From Podarcis vaucheri (taxonomy: Eukaryota): a DNA stretch of 64,000 nt. The position numbers were made by a program, and so were the translations under genes. This document shows positions 13,647-27,152 of this stretch, one piece after another. Under the pieces are notes generated by a model that worked only from the letters and a program-made list of their open reading frames with translations, searched no databases and was not told the origin of the DNA. Location of the stretch: assembly GCA_965113315.1 (NCBI GenBank), contig OZ220365.1; one strand, 5' to 3'. How positions within the stretch are numbered: position 1 is the stretch's first letter; each line of letters begins with the position of its first letter.

Positions 13647-14156
13647 GTGATGCAGATTTTTCCTTATTCTACAAATGCATATTTGAAGTATTCCACTTTT
13701 TCTGTACATTATTGGTTGAAACAACATATATATGTCTCAATCTACATGTTCTTAGGTCTCAGTGATGTCTCCTTTTCCTTACACTTACATGTGTTAGAGG
13801 TGGCTAAGTAACCCAGTAAAATTGAAACTGGGTCAGTGTTTTTTGGAAAGATAATTATCCCCATAATATCCTTAGGTGATATTCTTTGACCCTGATTTGG
13901 ATTTTTTTCAGCAAGCTGACTAACATAAACACTAAGGGGAGTGTTTAAGTTTGTTTTTATCTTCCATGAACATGTCAATTTATGTGAGTGTGTTCAGCAG
14001 TGTAAATCATATTGTGTTGTATCAAATGTTAGTCATACTCAGAGAAGACCCATGAAAATTAATGGGCATGACTAACCTAGGTCCATTCATTTCTAAGGGT
14101 CTAGTCTGAATAGAATTTAGTTTGATAGTTATTTATCAAAAGGAGAAAAGAAATGC

Positions 14157-14942
14157 GAATAGAATACAGAATTCCTTGGGCCACCAGATGCCATCATGAT
14201 ACAACTCGGAGAAAATGATGTGGCTGATAGGAAGGGCATCACCCTCATATTGGCAGGAACCGCAGATCTCGTCGCTCTGCGGGCAACACACCCTAGTTTG
14301 ACCATCTTCTGGTCTGAGAACCTGGAGCAACACCACTGGCGAGGTGCAGCACTGCCTGCACATGTCAGCCATTCATGTTAGAAAGTTAACTGAGCTATGT
14401 CCTGCATAGCACAGTTGGGTGGGCATATCATATGCCACCCTGGCAACACATTTGATAAATTGGACTTATACCAGCCTGACAGAGTATACTTATCACCAAG
14501 TGGCAATGAGGCCTGGCTGATGGATATTTACTGGGGCCTATGGGATTGGTTGCAGATGTGATTGGTTTGTTGTTAAGCTGGCAGGGAGGGGCTGACTCAG
14601 ATGGCAGAAAAAGGCATTGGGTTGGATCCATAGTCTACGTGCTGGAGAGTCTGTCTGGTGGTCCAGACAGGGGGCTGTCGGACTATAGAACATCCTACTG
14701 GCATCCTGGTGGGACCACCCCATTTGATTTGTGTCATCGGGAGACACAGGATCGACCCTGAAGGAGCAATCAATCAGCAGGTGGGTTGATTGATTCAGGA
14801 TGCATACCCATGCCTACTACATTAGTAATAAAAAAAAGTTATGGCCAATTTCAATCCCATAATATTGTCTTGTAATCATTTCTATCATTATAAGATCACT
14901 ACTCAGATCACCGGCCTGCTGGGCTTGGGCCCACAAACATGA
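14157..14942 (+). mobile_element. Decayed 3' fragment of a tyrosine-recombinase retrotransposon (Ngaro/DIRS type) with SGNH-hydrolase pseudo-ORF
   Basis: A single frame ~14181-14561 with two in-frame stops reads PDAIMIQLGENDV...IFWSE...WRGA...LGGHIICHP...LYQPDRVYLSPSGNEAWLMDI (GxND block and degenerate DGVHL block); followed by a terminal-repeat-like region with aataaa...gttatggccaatt; flanked by a 30-bp direct repeat. Confidence 0.7.
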
Positions 14943-15753
14943 AGTTATTTATCAAAAGGAGAAAAGAAATGCTGATATAAGAGATAATTTCCTGCTGATA
15001 TTTTCCTTTATGTTTGCCAGACTTCTACTTAAAGTTCAGCTGTGTTGCCTCAAATAACTCTATTGCATAGTGATGGAGAGGAGATCATGCCCTTCCTACA
15101 TGCTGTGGTTTGCTATGGTATCAGCAGTGGTTAGAAAGTCAAAGCTGCTGGGTGATTACATCAGTTCCTTTTACCTCATTTCTTCCCCATGCCAGAGCTT
15201 GACCAAAATAAAAGTGGTCATTTATGTTATAGTTTTGAGGTTCTTAAAATTAACAAGAAAAACAAAATAATACAGCTGATTTATTCAACTTCTTCATATG
15301 CTGTTTGCATAGTTTTTATGGTTGGTCTTAGTGAAAATAAACTTTGATTTGCTATTGTATTCTCATCTTTCCCTCAATTGATGTCTTTCTCTTGTCACCA
15401 TGTGTGTATAAATGCATTCTACTCCCCTGGGTCTTTAATGACTGGTAGATTAGAATAGTGAGACTTGGAGTGTGCTTTCACATAAAACTGTAAAGTTTAA
15501 AGAAGCTTTATGATGCAGTTGAGGAACCCTTCTATAGTTAGCCTCACATGGCCATTGAGGTTGTGTGCATTGATTTTGTGCAATCACTATAACTTCTGGC
15601 TAGATGGATGACGTTGCATATTAATGTTATTATAATATTCCTGGAGTTGGATGAGTTTCTCTATCCAAAAAGAGGAGGTGATGTTTGTTGTTGTTTCCTC
15701 CACAGTTCTATTCAGTCATTAATATTACATGGCCCATATCTCCACCAAAGAGT

Positions 15754-15920
15754 TAAGGTAAAGGTAAAGGAACCCCTGACCATTAAGTCCAGTCGCGGAC
15801 GACTCTGGGGTTGCAGTGCTCATCTCGCTTTACTGGCCGAGGGAGCTGGCGTTTGTCCGCAGACAGCTTCCGGTTCATGTGGCCAGCATGACTGAGCAGC
15901 TTCTGGCGAACCAGAGCATC
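15754..15920 (-). mobile_element. 5'-truncated Sauria SINE
   Basis: aaggtaaaggtaaagg tail (rc of (accttt)n) followed by the reverse complement of the SINE 3' half. Confidence 0.85.
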
Positions 15921-18900
15921 GCTACCAAGGAGAGTAGCATGTAAATACAGGAAATCCTAGCAGATAATATTACTTTTCTCCTAATTTATTTGTCTCTAGA
16001 TAAGTCTGAATTAAAGGAAGCAGAAAGTATCGAATGTTTCTTTCTGTCTATCATTCTCATTTATATTTTGCCTTTTCGCTAAATAGCTTAAAGTGGCATG
16101 CATGGGATTATCACATTTAATCCTCACAGTAATCTTGTGAGGTAGTTTAAGCAGAGTTAGAGACGTGACCAAGGACATGCAGTCAGCATCATGGCTAAGC
16201 ATGGACTCTAAGCCAAATCTTCCCTAATTCAACATCAATCCAGAGTGTGTGACGAATGCAGTTTGCCATCACCCACAGCCAACAGTGCAGGATGCAGATT
16301 TGGGAGTGAGTGCTGATGACCTGTTGTCAGTGGAGGAGGAGACTTGAAAGACATGGATATTTAAATGGGCAGGATGTATAGGGACAGCTGTTTGGCCATA
16401 TGATTTTGGAGGGCAACAAGTTTGTATGGGGAAGGGGATTTAGACAGTAAACAGTTTGGAACTGTTGCGATGGAACTGGCAATTAGATAAAGTGGCAGTG
16501 GAGGGTGAAAGGAGTTTGAAAGAAAAGATATGGAGGTGGTATTTTTAAAAAGTAACCACTAGCACCTTCCAGAATCAAAGTAAATGGTTTTTTCCATGAC
16601 AAAGTTGGTTAAGGCCCCTAAACATCTGCTATTTTGAGAATCTGGCCTTTCAGCCCAGTTGAATTCACTTTTCAGGGAAAGGGATGAGAATAATCAAGTG
16701 GCTTAAATGTGCCCGAGCGTCATTGGATTGCATTCTTGTGGTCAGACTGTTAACAAATAGATGCCATGTTTTTAAATTGATTATAAAAGAATCAGAGTGG
16801 AATGGAATGGGAAATGGTAATAAAAAAGTAAATACCTAAGGCATGTACCAAGGTGGTATGGTTGGGAAAGTTTCTTTGCATGGAAGTAATCAGAATTTGG
16901 TGAAATTTAACGAAGTTAGCAAAGGGAGAACAAATGGATTCAGCCTGAGAGATATGGCAGAGGAGACTTATATGCATAGTTAAAATAGATTAGCAGTTTT
17001 TAAATTTAAAATATTTTGCACTGTGATAGATAAGATTTGTGTTAACTATATTATAACTTTAAAAAAGACCTTTTTGCATTTTTAAGTTAACTGTGTTTTA
17101 TGCTAGTTTTTTGTTTTTGTTTTTTAACTAATGTTTTATGTATTTTCTTAAAATCCCAGTGACACCTGCTGGAGTATTGAAAAACAGCACTGTAGTTAGT
17201 AGCCCAGTAATTTTGCCTTGAAATTGGCCTTCATGAGTATGTCAGAAGGTGACCGAAGGTATTGTGGAGGGGCTATGAATTTTTCATTTTGGTCACAAAG
17301 GGGGCCAGGTTCAAGTTTCTCAGAATAGTTCTGTGGTAGCAATACTAAGAAAATGTTTATAACCATTTATTAATTGCATGAGTACATATTTATATCAGCT
17401 GAAAACCCAGCAATTCATTCTTTAAAGAAAACTTTATAAGAGAAGAGGGGGATGAACGATAGCTATCCCCAAATAAATCAAGGGTGAGTTGAAAGAAGCT
17501 GGCATGGTCTAGCATACAGCAACATATTTATTGCTAGCCATGTGACAGATCTATGCTATGTCACCCTGAACCATATACTGCTGATGATAATATATTGCTT
17601 TCCATTATATAAATACCAAGACTTGTGGTTACCAACCAGGGAAGTGAAGGAGAAAGAGAACAAATGCAGTGAGGTAATTTGTACCAAAGCACAAACCTGG
17701 AAACGTGTGTTTATAATAGATTTTCTAAATGGAAAAACGTAGTTGTGTTATGACAGCTTTTAAAACCCTTGTTCTCTTTATTCATTCTGGACTTACACAG
17801 GTCCCTGTTATTATACTTTTGCCTAATTTTGGGGGTGGGGGGGCAGGGAACCACAACACCAAACCACATAATTTGCCACAAAACATCAAAATAGGCATTT
17901 GAAGTAGATTCCCTTTAGTTGTATGCACTTTTTCATATTTATTGGGCATTAGTTCTTCAGTTTGAATCATGATGGCTCTTGGGGGCTGCTTTTGTAACTT
18001 CCACCCCCTTCAGATTCAGAAGTGAGCTCTCACTGACTAGAGCTTTGCTGTGGTTACTTAGGAGGGCCTACACTTCTGGAGGCACAAAAAGCATGCATTT
18101 CCCCACAATGCCATTTAAGGGATTCTGTTCTATGTAGTGTAAGTGATAACTGGCTCTTCTTGAGTGCTGAATTCCAGTTCCTTCACACAGCTGCAGTTAC
18201 TCCAGGTTTGAGACCTGGAATGGTGCGTATCACCCCTGCTAGCCAGCTCATGGTGAGAAATACTACACTCATGTTTTTGAATTTCGGAAATCTAGCATAC
18301 CTATTATCAGTTAAAAAGCATTCCTTTGATGTACTCAGTTGACCATGTTCCTGTTCTACCATTCCATTCCACACTCACTAATGGCAGTGGAGCTCAAAGA
18401 AATCTTAAAACCCTCCTTCTGCTTGCTATCCCTCTCAGAAAAGAAAATTATCTCCATAAACATCCTAGCTAGGCTGCTGATAGGCATTTTAAGACCACCT
18501 AGTTTTAGAGAGAAAATCTTGGCTTTATTATGTGCCCTTCTCTAAATTCCGTTCAATTTCCTCTACTTGAAGCTTGGAAAAGAATAGACAAGCCTCTTGC
18601 GAGCTGTGTAATTAATTACTGGAGAAGTGCAAGCTGTTTCTAGTCCTTCATTCTGTATATTAATTGATTGAGGGGGCCAGGTGCCAACTTTACCAATCAG
18701 TGGAATACAAGAGGCAGTTTGCATTTTTCATTTGTCAGTAGTTTCTGTTGGGGGGCAAATGGGGATACCCATTCACAACCATTTAAGAGAGTTTTGATGC
18801 AAGATCACTAAGCAGATAAGACATTCAAACAAGGTATTTCAGGGTAACGTCGCTCATGAATTTTGATCAGAAGGTTTGGTCCCCCCCCCTGAAAATGAGT

Positions 18901-19265
18901 GCAACTACCTTCTCCCCAGATCTAAGGGGTTTTCACCAAATGGACTTTGGAAGGTTTTCTCACACAGGTGTATGATAACGATTTTCCAGAAGTTGTATGA
19001 ACACATCTCTCTCAAAAATCCTATCTATTGTTCCAAAGAGGTACAAAAATGCTTAGTAAAACCTACCTGCTCTTAATTGGGGGAAGTGTAATATACTATC
19101 AGAGAATGGTTGTAGCAGGTTTTGGCACGTGGCCGGTATTGACTCGTAAGATGAGAGAAGATAGGTGTGCTTTTGAGGACAAGTTGAGTCCTTTCATTGA
19201 GACAAAAAACACAGAATGGATGCAAATCTATATTTCTAATAAATTAATTCTCTTTTTAAACTTAG

Positions 19266-19371
19266 GGCCGTGCCTCACTAACAGATGAGAAAGAACAGTT
19301 TGCCCATCAACATGAAGAGATGAAAAATCTAGAAGATATTGTTAACAGTTTAAGGCCAACTGCTCTTATAG
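19266..19371 (+). CDS. ME1: ME1 exon (~exon 10)
   Basis: cttag|GGC CGT...ATA G|gtaac; GRASLTDEKEQFAHQHEEMKNLEDIVNSLRPTALI; 106 nt. Confidence 0.95.
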
Positions 19372-19857
19372 GTAACACTTACATCTCTGTTTGTCCAACC
19401 ACCTATACTACCTTTGCCTCTTTGTTTATTGTGTGATATAGACGCTGTGAATATGCATGCAATGTATAAAAATAAGTTTTGAGTATGTATTATTCTTATT
19501 AATTGAATTTGTATATCGTCCTTCATCCAAAGATCACAGGACAGTCCTCTAACCCCAAAAAACCATGCTCAGGAAGCGATGTTAGCTGTTATAAAATAGC
19601 TTTGTTTTGTTTCCTTCAGAGGTTGAAACCAGGTGAAGCTCTAGAAAATTTTGAACTGTAGTGTAAGTAATGGATAAGCGATGCATTACATCAGGAAGAA
19701 CTCATAGCTTTAGGTCAATGTATACTTTTTAATCCACTCCCTGGATTATGTCCTTCCTCTCATTTGCTGCCTGAGGCATAATATAATCAGAATAGTGTGT
19801 AATTTATCCTTCCCCCGTCTTTAAATTCTTTTCCAATAACTGCATTATGAATAAAAA

Positions 19858-20060
19858 CGTGCACATTTACCTGAACGTAGTTACATTGTTTTGTAGTGAA
19901 TGGAATTTAGAAGGGATTATTCTGTACGCTTTTTCTGTGAATGAAATTTAAGAGGGATTATTCTGTACCCTATTCTGTACAGGATACTTTACAGAATAAT
20001 CACTACTAAATTCCATTTACTGAAAAAGGGTATAAACAGTTACATTCAGGTAGCTGTGTA
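19858..20060. repeat. Imperfect inverted repeat (old palindromic MITE-like) with internal duplication
   Basis: gtgaatggaatttagaagggattattctgta pairs with tacagaataatcactactaaattccatttac; the left-arm unit is duplicated in tandem. Confidence 0.6.
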
Positions 20061-20885
20061 TATTCAAAATGTAATGTATAGCATTGAGTGTGGAACATGA
20101 AAAGAATTTATATAAATACCATGTTTATCTGCTGTGTATCTGCTGTGTAGCAAGAAAGACTGATCAAATTTGAGATTTTTTTTCCTGTATGGATGATTAA
20201 TTGTTAAAAAATCTCTCCTTGCATGACGGGGATTGCTTCGTTGTCTGATACTTTCCCAAGGTTTTTTTTAAAACAAGTCTCAGCAAATGCCATATATGGA
20301 GTCTTGCTAGACACCGTTCAGGAAGAAGACTTGTTATTGTTGGACCAGAAACAATTATTTTAATAAAAGTAGCCATAAAGAATAAGTGAAATTATGTTTT
20401 CTAATTTATTATACCCTCTGGCTAGAAAAGGTTGACATTCTTATGATTAACAGTCTAGAAGCAAAATTGACATAAACTCTACAAAATGTAGATCAAATGC
20501 CAGTACTTTTTGTTTAGTCCAATTAGCCAATAAAAATTATGGGAGCCAGACTTTGAACTATACTTTCTTTGAGAGGCCTAAGATATCAGAAGAAAAACAG
20601 GAAGATTATATGTTAAACTGCAGCTCTTCAAGACTCAAGCATCTATCTGTTCGTACAGCTTAATGCAACTCAATTGAATATGTGTCAATATTACAACTAC
20701 TTAAGATCCTGAAGTGTCTCATTCTGGGCTGGAAATATCTCAAGCACCAGCTTCATTGAAATGAAATGTCACAGTGGCACATTTCCTTTGCATATGAGTG
20801 CAACAGGACAGGTTATGGTGGATTCTGCCTTTTGTCTATGAATCAAAAGAGTTACTTCATCCAAATTTCCCATTGTCTTCCTCAG

Positions 20886-21028
20886 GAGTTGCTGCTATTG
20901 GTGGTGCATTTACAAAAAAGATTATCCAGGATATGGCTTCCTTCAACCAGAGGCCAATTATTTTTGCTCTCAGTAACCCAACTAGCAAAGCAGAATGCTC
21001 GGCTGAGGACTGCTACACTCTAACCGAA
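20886..21028 (+). CDS. ME1: ME1 exon (~exon 11)
   Basis: cctcag|GA GTT...ACC GAA|gtaagg; [48 protein letters not shown] (LSNPT motif); 143 nt. Confidence 0.96.
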
Positions 21029-22252
21029 GTAAGGAAAGAACCTTGATTGATATTGAATTGGTTGTACTTAATGAACGTTATTTCAGCAGCAAGGTAGAAT
21101 AATTAGATTCTTGACTTATATGTTAAAAATGAAAGTTTCTAACCCCTCGTGCTTTGCACTCATGACACCTCGCTTCAAGCCTCACCCAGGAGCTCCAAAG
21201 GGAAATGGAGTGGCTCACCTTTTTTGGCCAGCCTTCTGGAGGCCACATGCCAACAGTTTGTGTGCCTGCTCCACACTTTACACTGTGGGAGTCAGACCAG
21301 GTGTGGTGACCCCACACACTCTTGCATGTACACATAGACAGACATACATGAGGCACATACCCTGCCACAGGTACACAGAGGGCTTAGAGAGAAGACATGG
21401 CTGAAGGTGGGGGTGGCAGGTAGTTTTCTCATCCTTTTTGCTATTACATCTCTAAATTGGCAGAGATGCTTGGGACCAAGGTGCTTTCAATCCATTGAAT
21501 CCAAAGCTGCCATTGCGCCAAGCTGCCATTGCCCCACCCATAAAAGACCTCATTTTTGGGGGTTACATCTTGCTATTGCTTCTGCTGCTGGCTTCTTTTT
21601 ACCTGGTTCCAGATGGAGCCTCCACTGTAGCAGAGCTCCCCCAAACTGGTGGCATTTCTTCTTGTTAGAGGAGAGGCACAAACCCATTGCTCTGATCCTC
21701 TCCAGCCATCAACCTGGGGATGTTGGAGCAGCAGGATTGTTCTCTAAGCCATATAACTTGTCTTTTAACTGGTCCATTGACTTGGGAGGACGTAGCTGGA
21801 ATGAAATGATGTATAATCTAAATCCTGCTGCATATGAATTGCAGTCTTTATACTTTCTCTTTGGGTCAAGTACTTTCCCCATGGAATTTCTCTACTGATG
21901 CAGGACAAATTTATAATTCTATAAATAGAAAACAAATATTAAGCATATCCTATTTGCCTACCGAAATGTATACATTAGAGTGAATGCAGGAATGAAACAG
22001 GAATGCAAATATTTTAAAAAATATGGTTACAATGGGCAGCTCCACCTGGTAACCAGAGCTAAAAATATACTGAAATACCTAATCTTCCAGCAAAATGTAT
22101 AAAGCAGGCCATTATAAATCTACATGACACCAAGCTAAATGATATTCTTTTGAATAACTATATAGTGTTCTTGTTTGTATTCCATGCATATTTGCAGTTC
22201 TGTAAGTTAAACAAGGATCCTTCTGTTTAAAAATTAAATTTAATCATGAAGG

Positions 22253-22338
22253 CTGCAATCCTATACCTGTTTACCTGGGAGCAAGCCCAACTGATCTGAA
22301 AGGGAGTTATGTCTGAGTAGACATGCATAGAATTGCAT
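22253..22338. repeat. ~90-bp hairpin-type interspersed repeat (related copies near 14030, 24620, 63184)
   Basis: tgcaatcctat...atagaattgca inverted termini with an internal stem. Confidence 0.6.
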
Positions 22339-23270
22339 TGTGAATCCTTTTAAGAAGGATGACAAATAAGCATTTACAGACCTTATCTTCCAATGCTGGC
22401 AGTTTCATGCATACTGAACCAACTATTTTATTTGTTTCACTCAGACCTCAGCAAAGCCTTAGCCAAGTAGGGCTGTTGGATTTGTATTCTTTCATGCCAC
22501 TTTTTACCTTAGCAGATAGAAGCTGTGGCCATGAACTTCATTAGAGATTATGATGGCATCACTGTGAACTATTATGATTCTTCCTAGAAGAGGGGTCATT
22601 TATACAACCCCCCCCCCCATTTATGCATGTTCAGTATGTGAGCGACTTGCACACACATTCATCGTGTCAAACCCAGAAGCAACCCAGAAACGTCACAAAA
22701 AGGGGCAGAACAGATGGGGGCGGGAACAGGACATTTGCAGACTTTTTCAATTGTGTTTCAAATATACACAATTACTATTAAATGTGTGGTGCCTTGGAAC
22801 GTAATCCCCACATAAATGAGGGGTTGCCTTTATATATATCTCACATAGTCATAATGTGAGTCTCAGTTTTGCATACTTGCATTTATGTGGATGGCTGAAA
22901 CTAGTTCTGAAGATACTAAATTCCAATTCTTCCTAAAACTGAAAAATAAAGTAATAAATATCATATGAAATAGACATAATTCCAGTTTGTTATCATATGT
23001 CTCAGCAAGATATCAGACACAAAGAGACATTATGATACAAACGTCTACTGGGTTCAGATTGGTTTGGAACTTGCCTTGTTGCTGACAATGCACCGACCAG
23101 AGAGAGACTTATTTAACAGTACATAGTCAGAATTGCAAAATTCTTGTTTTGTGACTTATGTGTAAGTTTCTGGTATACTGTAGTTACTTTATGAAAACAC
23201 TGTTTTATAGATATAGATGCAGGTTCTGATTTTCCTCCATCCAATAACATTTGCAAAACGTTTGTTTTAG

Positions 23271-23444
23271 GGGCGTGGCATTTTTGCAAGTGGAAGCCCT
23301 TTTGATCGTGTCACTCTTCCAGATGGACGCACATTTTTTCCTGGACAGGGTAACAATGCTTATGTGTTTCCAGGAGTTGCCCTTGGAGTTGTTGCATGTG
23401 GAATAAGACATATAAGTGAAGAAATTTTCCTCACAACTGCAGAG
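23271..23444 (+). CDS. ME1: ME1 exon (~exon 12)
   Basis: ttttag|GGG CGT...GCA GAG|gtactg; [58 protein letters not shown]; 174 nt. Confidence 0.96.
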
Positions 23445-23991
23445 GTACTGACTGTTGTATACCTGATAATGTCTGCCCAGAAAAGGACATGTATGGCACA
23501 TCAGTTTATGACAGCATGTTGTTGTAGGGCCTTCAGACTGGTAGTTTGGGGTGAGGGACCTCAGCCTGAGGACTGAATGTGCCCCCCCATCCTGACTCTC
23601 AGAATCTGGCCCTCAAAACTCTCTCCAGACCACACCATCTTCCCTGGCCACAAACACCTGAATACTATCTGAAACACTGAAACTGATACTTTCTGTGTAA
23701 TGTAAGGTAACGAGACAGGAATTCATCAGAAATCTGATGGATTAAACCAGCGCTGAAACAAAAGCAGTACTTCTCCTATTACATAGACTGAATGTGTATT
23801 GAGGGACACATGCCTATGGTTAATATACCAAAGCCTCTGAGTCCTAATTTTGGGTGATTCTCCTACATTGTTTTGAGGGAGGAAAGAGTACTGTTGAACC
23901 TGTTATTTATTTCAGAATGTAAAATCATGCAGAACTGTGAATTTCTTCTAGCAGAGAATTGGCAGCAATTGCTCTAGCAAGTAATTTGTTG

Positions 23992-24052
<61 letters not shown>
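23992..24052. repeat. Compound (CT)n(GT)n microsatellite
   Basis: Direct observation. Confidence 0.95.
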
Positions 24053-26030
24053 ATTTAAAGAATGGCAAGATTTCCTCACAGAAACCCCAGGTGTTACAAT
24101 TTTCCATCAAGGTGTTTTTCCCTAGGGAACCATTTGGACCTGCCATGTGCAAAAATCAGGAATAAGCTCAGACTCTCTCCACTAGCTTTGACCAGCCAAG
24201 ATGGGCAGTGATCCTTCACATAGGAGGTGACTGAGGATAAGTTGGTTAATTTTATCCTCATGGCTAAAACCTTTCCCTGTAATTTCAGTTGGATATGGCA
24301 AGTCTTAATTCTCTGCCCTAAACTGCCATGTCTATTTTAAAAGACATGGCTTCTTAAACTTTCTAGAATGGGCTCATATGTATAGTTTGTAAAGTACTTT
24401 GGAAACTTCTTAAATGAAAGGTGGAGCATGCAAAGCCTCTCAAATGTCAAAATTGAGAGGAAGTCAGCAAAAATTGGCTTCTTTTACAGACTCTTTTAGC
24501 AGGAGTGGAAAGTACTAGAAAAGATAGCGATACTTTAAAATAACTTCTTCAGGCAGACATCTGTTGATGGTGACACTGAGTGCAGATTTTGCCATCTAGG
24601 TCTTTAGTTAAATGTTAAGGTTATGCACTTAACTGTGAGTGAGCCCCATTAAACTCAGTGGGATTTATTTCAAAGTAGGCATGCTTAAGATTACAGTGTA
24701 CACATATCTCTGCCCTGCACATACTCTCCTAATGACTCAAAGTCTGATTCATAGTCATATTGCAGCTACAAGAGCACTTACGTCTGGTCTCAGTTATGCT
24801 GTGTAAACTTTAGTGTCAAGTAATGGGTTTGACAGTTGTGTCTGATCTGTGAAGAAGTATCAGGGGCAACCCAGTCTGATGAGTGGGGTACAGTATGTAT
24901 AAATAAATAAATAAATAAGCATTTTATCTCTTCACACAGTGCATAATTGAGAGCAGGAGATGCTACCTGAATAATCCTGACACCATAGGAATACCCATGC
25001 TTTCCAGATACCAAACTTGAATGTATTTTTAGTATGAGAATATTTTGTAAACTAGTTTGAGATCCCTGGGATGAATGGTGTTTGGAACAGGCAGATTCAC
25101 TGGCTGAAGTCCCACATCTGGCTCAGTTGGAAATTCTCCAATCAGTCCTTCATCCTGACTCAGCCAAGCCTCAGCAGCTCAACTGGGACTCAGCTGGTTG
25201 AACCAAGGCCCTGAAAAGTGGCAGGAGCAGGACAGGATACTGGAGACCCACCCCATTCCAAACTCTGTTCTGCTCAATCATGCAACCTAGCAACCCAGTG
25301 GAAATTACACTAGCAAAAAGGGTAGTGTAAATAAAACTATTTTAAAGGCTTGCTTTCTCTCTGCCAGGCTAAGGAGTAGACCTGCTCCTGAAAAGAGTTT
25401 GGAATAGTGGTAAATTACATTGGCATGATTTACTCCAGCATAAATTATGCTGGCTTCTGATAGTTTGGATTGCTCTACCCATCTTGATACAATCCATGGA
25501 AAAACAAAAGAAGAAACGATATAAAGCCAGCCTGTACAATGGATCTTAACCAGGGAATCTTTTAAAAAGATAACCTCTTGCCATGGCTTGCTAGAGGAAG
25601 AGTCTGTAATGAATAGGGATAGGAAAAGTTTGAACATGAGTACCTATTTGTAACAGTGGGTATGTGCACATTGTGTGATCATGTGGATTCAGTGCTGGAT
25701 GCAAGCGCCTTTTTGGGGTGCTGTGCACATGACAGCATCCTCATGTTGTCTCTGTCCCATACTACTTGTCAATCTAAAGCACTCTCTGCTGTAACAATTA
25801 TAATCCAGTTTGTGTCGATAATGCACTTCGCAAGCGCATGTGCCTGCATGTGTACACAGAGGACACTTCCTCAGGTCACTTCTTACTGGGGCAGAGCTAC
25901 TGGTATTGTGGAGCTGTGCTATTCCCCCTAACCATGTTTAACTTGTCTCTGAATAAAATAGACAAAAGAGGAAGCAGTACAGTAACTTAGCCAGCTTTGT
26001 GTATGAGTACATATCTTCTGTATGTCAAAT

Positions 26031-26033
26031 ACA

Positions 26034-26099
<66 letters not shown>
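26031..26099. repeat. Compound (AC)n(AG)n microsatellite
   Basis: Direct observation. Confidence 0.95.
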
Positions 26100-26105
<6 letters not shown>

Positions 26106-26787
26106 GTGAAAACACTAATCGAAGGAAGAGGAATAGAGAAAACTATTGCACTCTAGTTTGAAAACATTCCCAACTATGTGTACAGACATCATGGATAGTA
26201 GCTGCCACTTTAGAAGACGTTATCATGCAAAGGTGTGTACAACTGCAAACTGCTACGTACAAAAGTGCACTATGAAAAAAAACTCATATGCTTTTTACAA
26301 AGGCTACATGTGTACACAGGCTATGGGTATCTTAATTTGCCACCTGTCCATTTAAAACTGATTTTTTAAAAAATAAAAACACAATTTAGTCATTGTAAAA
26401 ACAGCAAGTCCTGTTTTCAGGTGTTCTTACTTGCATGCCAAGTAGAGTTCAGCATTGATTTGTGGATAGTAAATCTAGGGCCCTGTAGACTATAATGCCA
26501 TAATTGTAGGCAATTTTAATGTGATGACAAGCGGCATTCTTCTGAGCCTGATGAAGTAAAAGTAAAATGTCAGAGAATTATGAGCTGATAAATTATTATT
26601 GCGACTGCCCATGCTATGCTTTAGTCATTCCAGAGATCACTCTATTAACTTTTCAATGATAAAATATGTTATCAGAAGGGCAAGGTGTTCACTCTTGGAC
26701 AGTATCCACGGAAAATCGAGTAGGTATTGTCTCATTATAGTGAAACTAACAGCACAATAAATTAACATGTTTATAATTTGAAGTTAC

Positions 26788-27152
26788 GGGACGTGGGTGG
26801 CGCTGTGGGTAAAAGCCTCAGCGCCTAGGGCTTGCCGATCGTAAGGTCGGCGGTTCGAATCCCCGCGGCGGGGTGCGCTCCCGCTGCTCGGTCCCAGCGC
26901 CTGCCAACCTAGCAGTTCGAAAGCACCTCCGGGTGCAAGTAGATAAATAGGTACCGCTTACCAGCGGGAAGGTAAACGGCGTTCCGTGTGCTGCGCTGGC
27001 TCGCCAGATGCAGCATTGTCACACTGGCCACGTGACCCGGAAGTGTCTCCGGACAGCGCTGGCCCCCGGCCTATAGATGTGAGATGGGCACACAAACCCC
27101 AGAGTCTGTCAAGACTGGCCCGTTCGGGCAGGGGTACCTTTACCTTTACCTT
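26788..27152 (+). mobile_element. Full-length young Sauria SINE with 12-bp TSD
   Basis: gggacgtgggtggcgctgtgg head, B-box ggttcgaatcc, (accttt)n tail, CpG-rich; TSD taatttgaagtt at 26774-26785 and 27153-27164. Confidence 0.93.
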
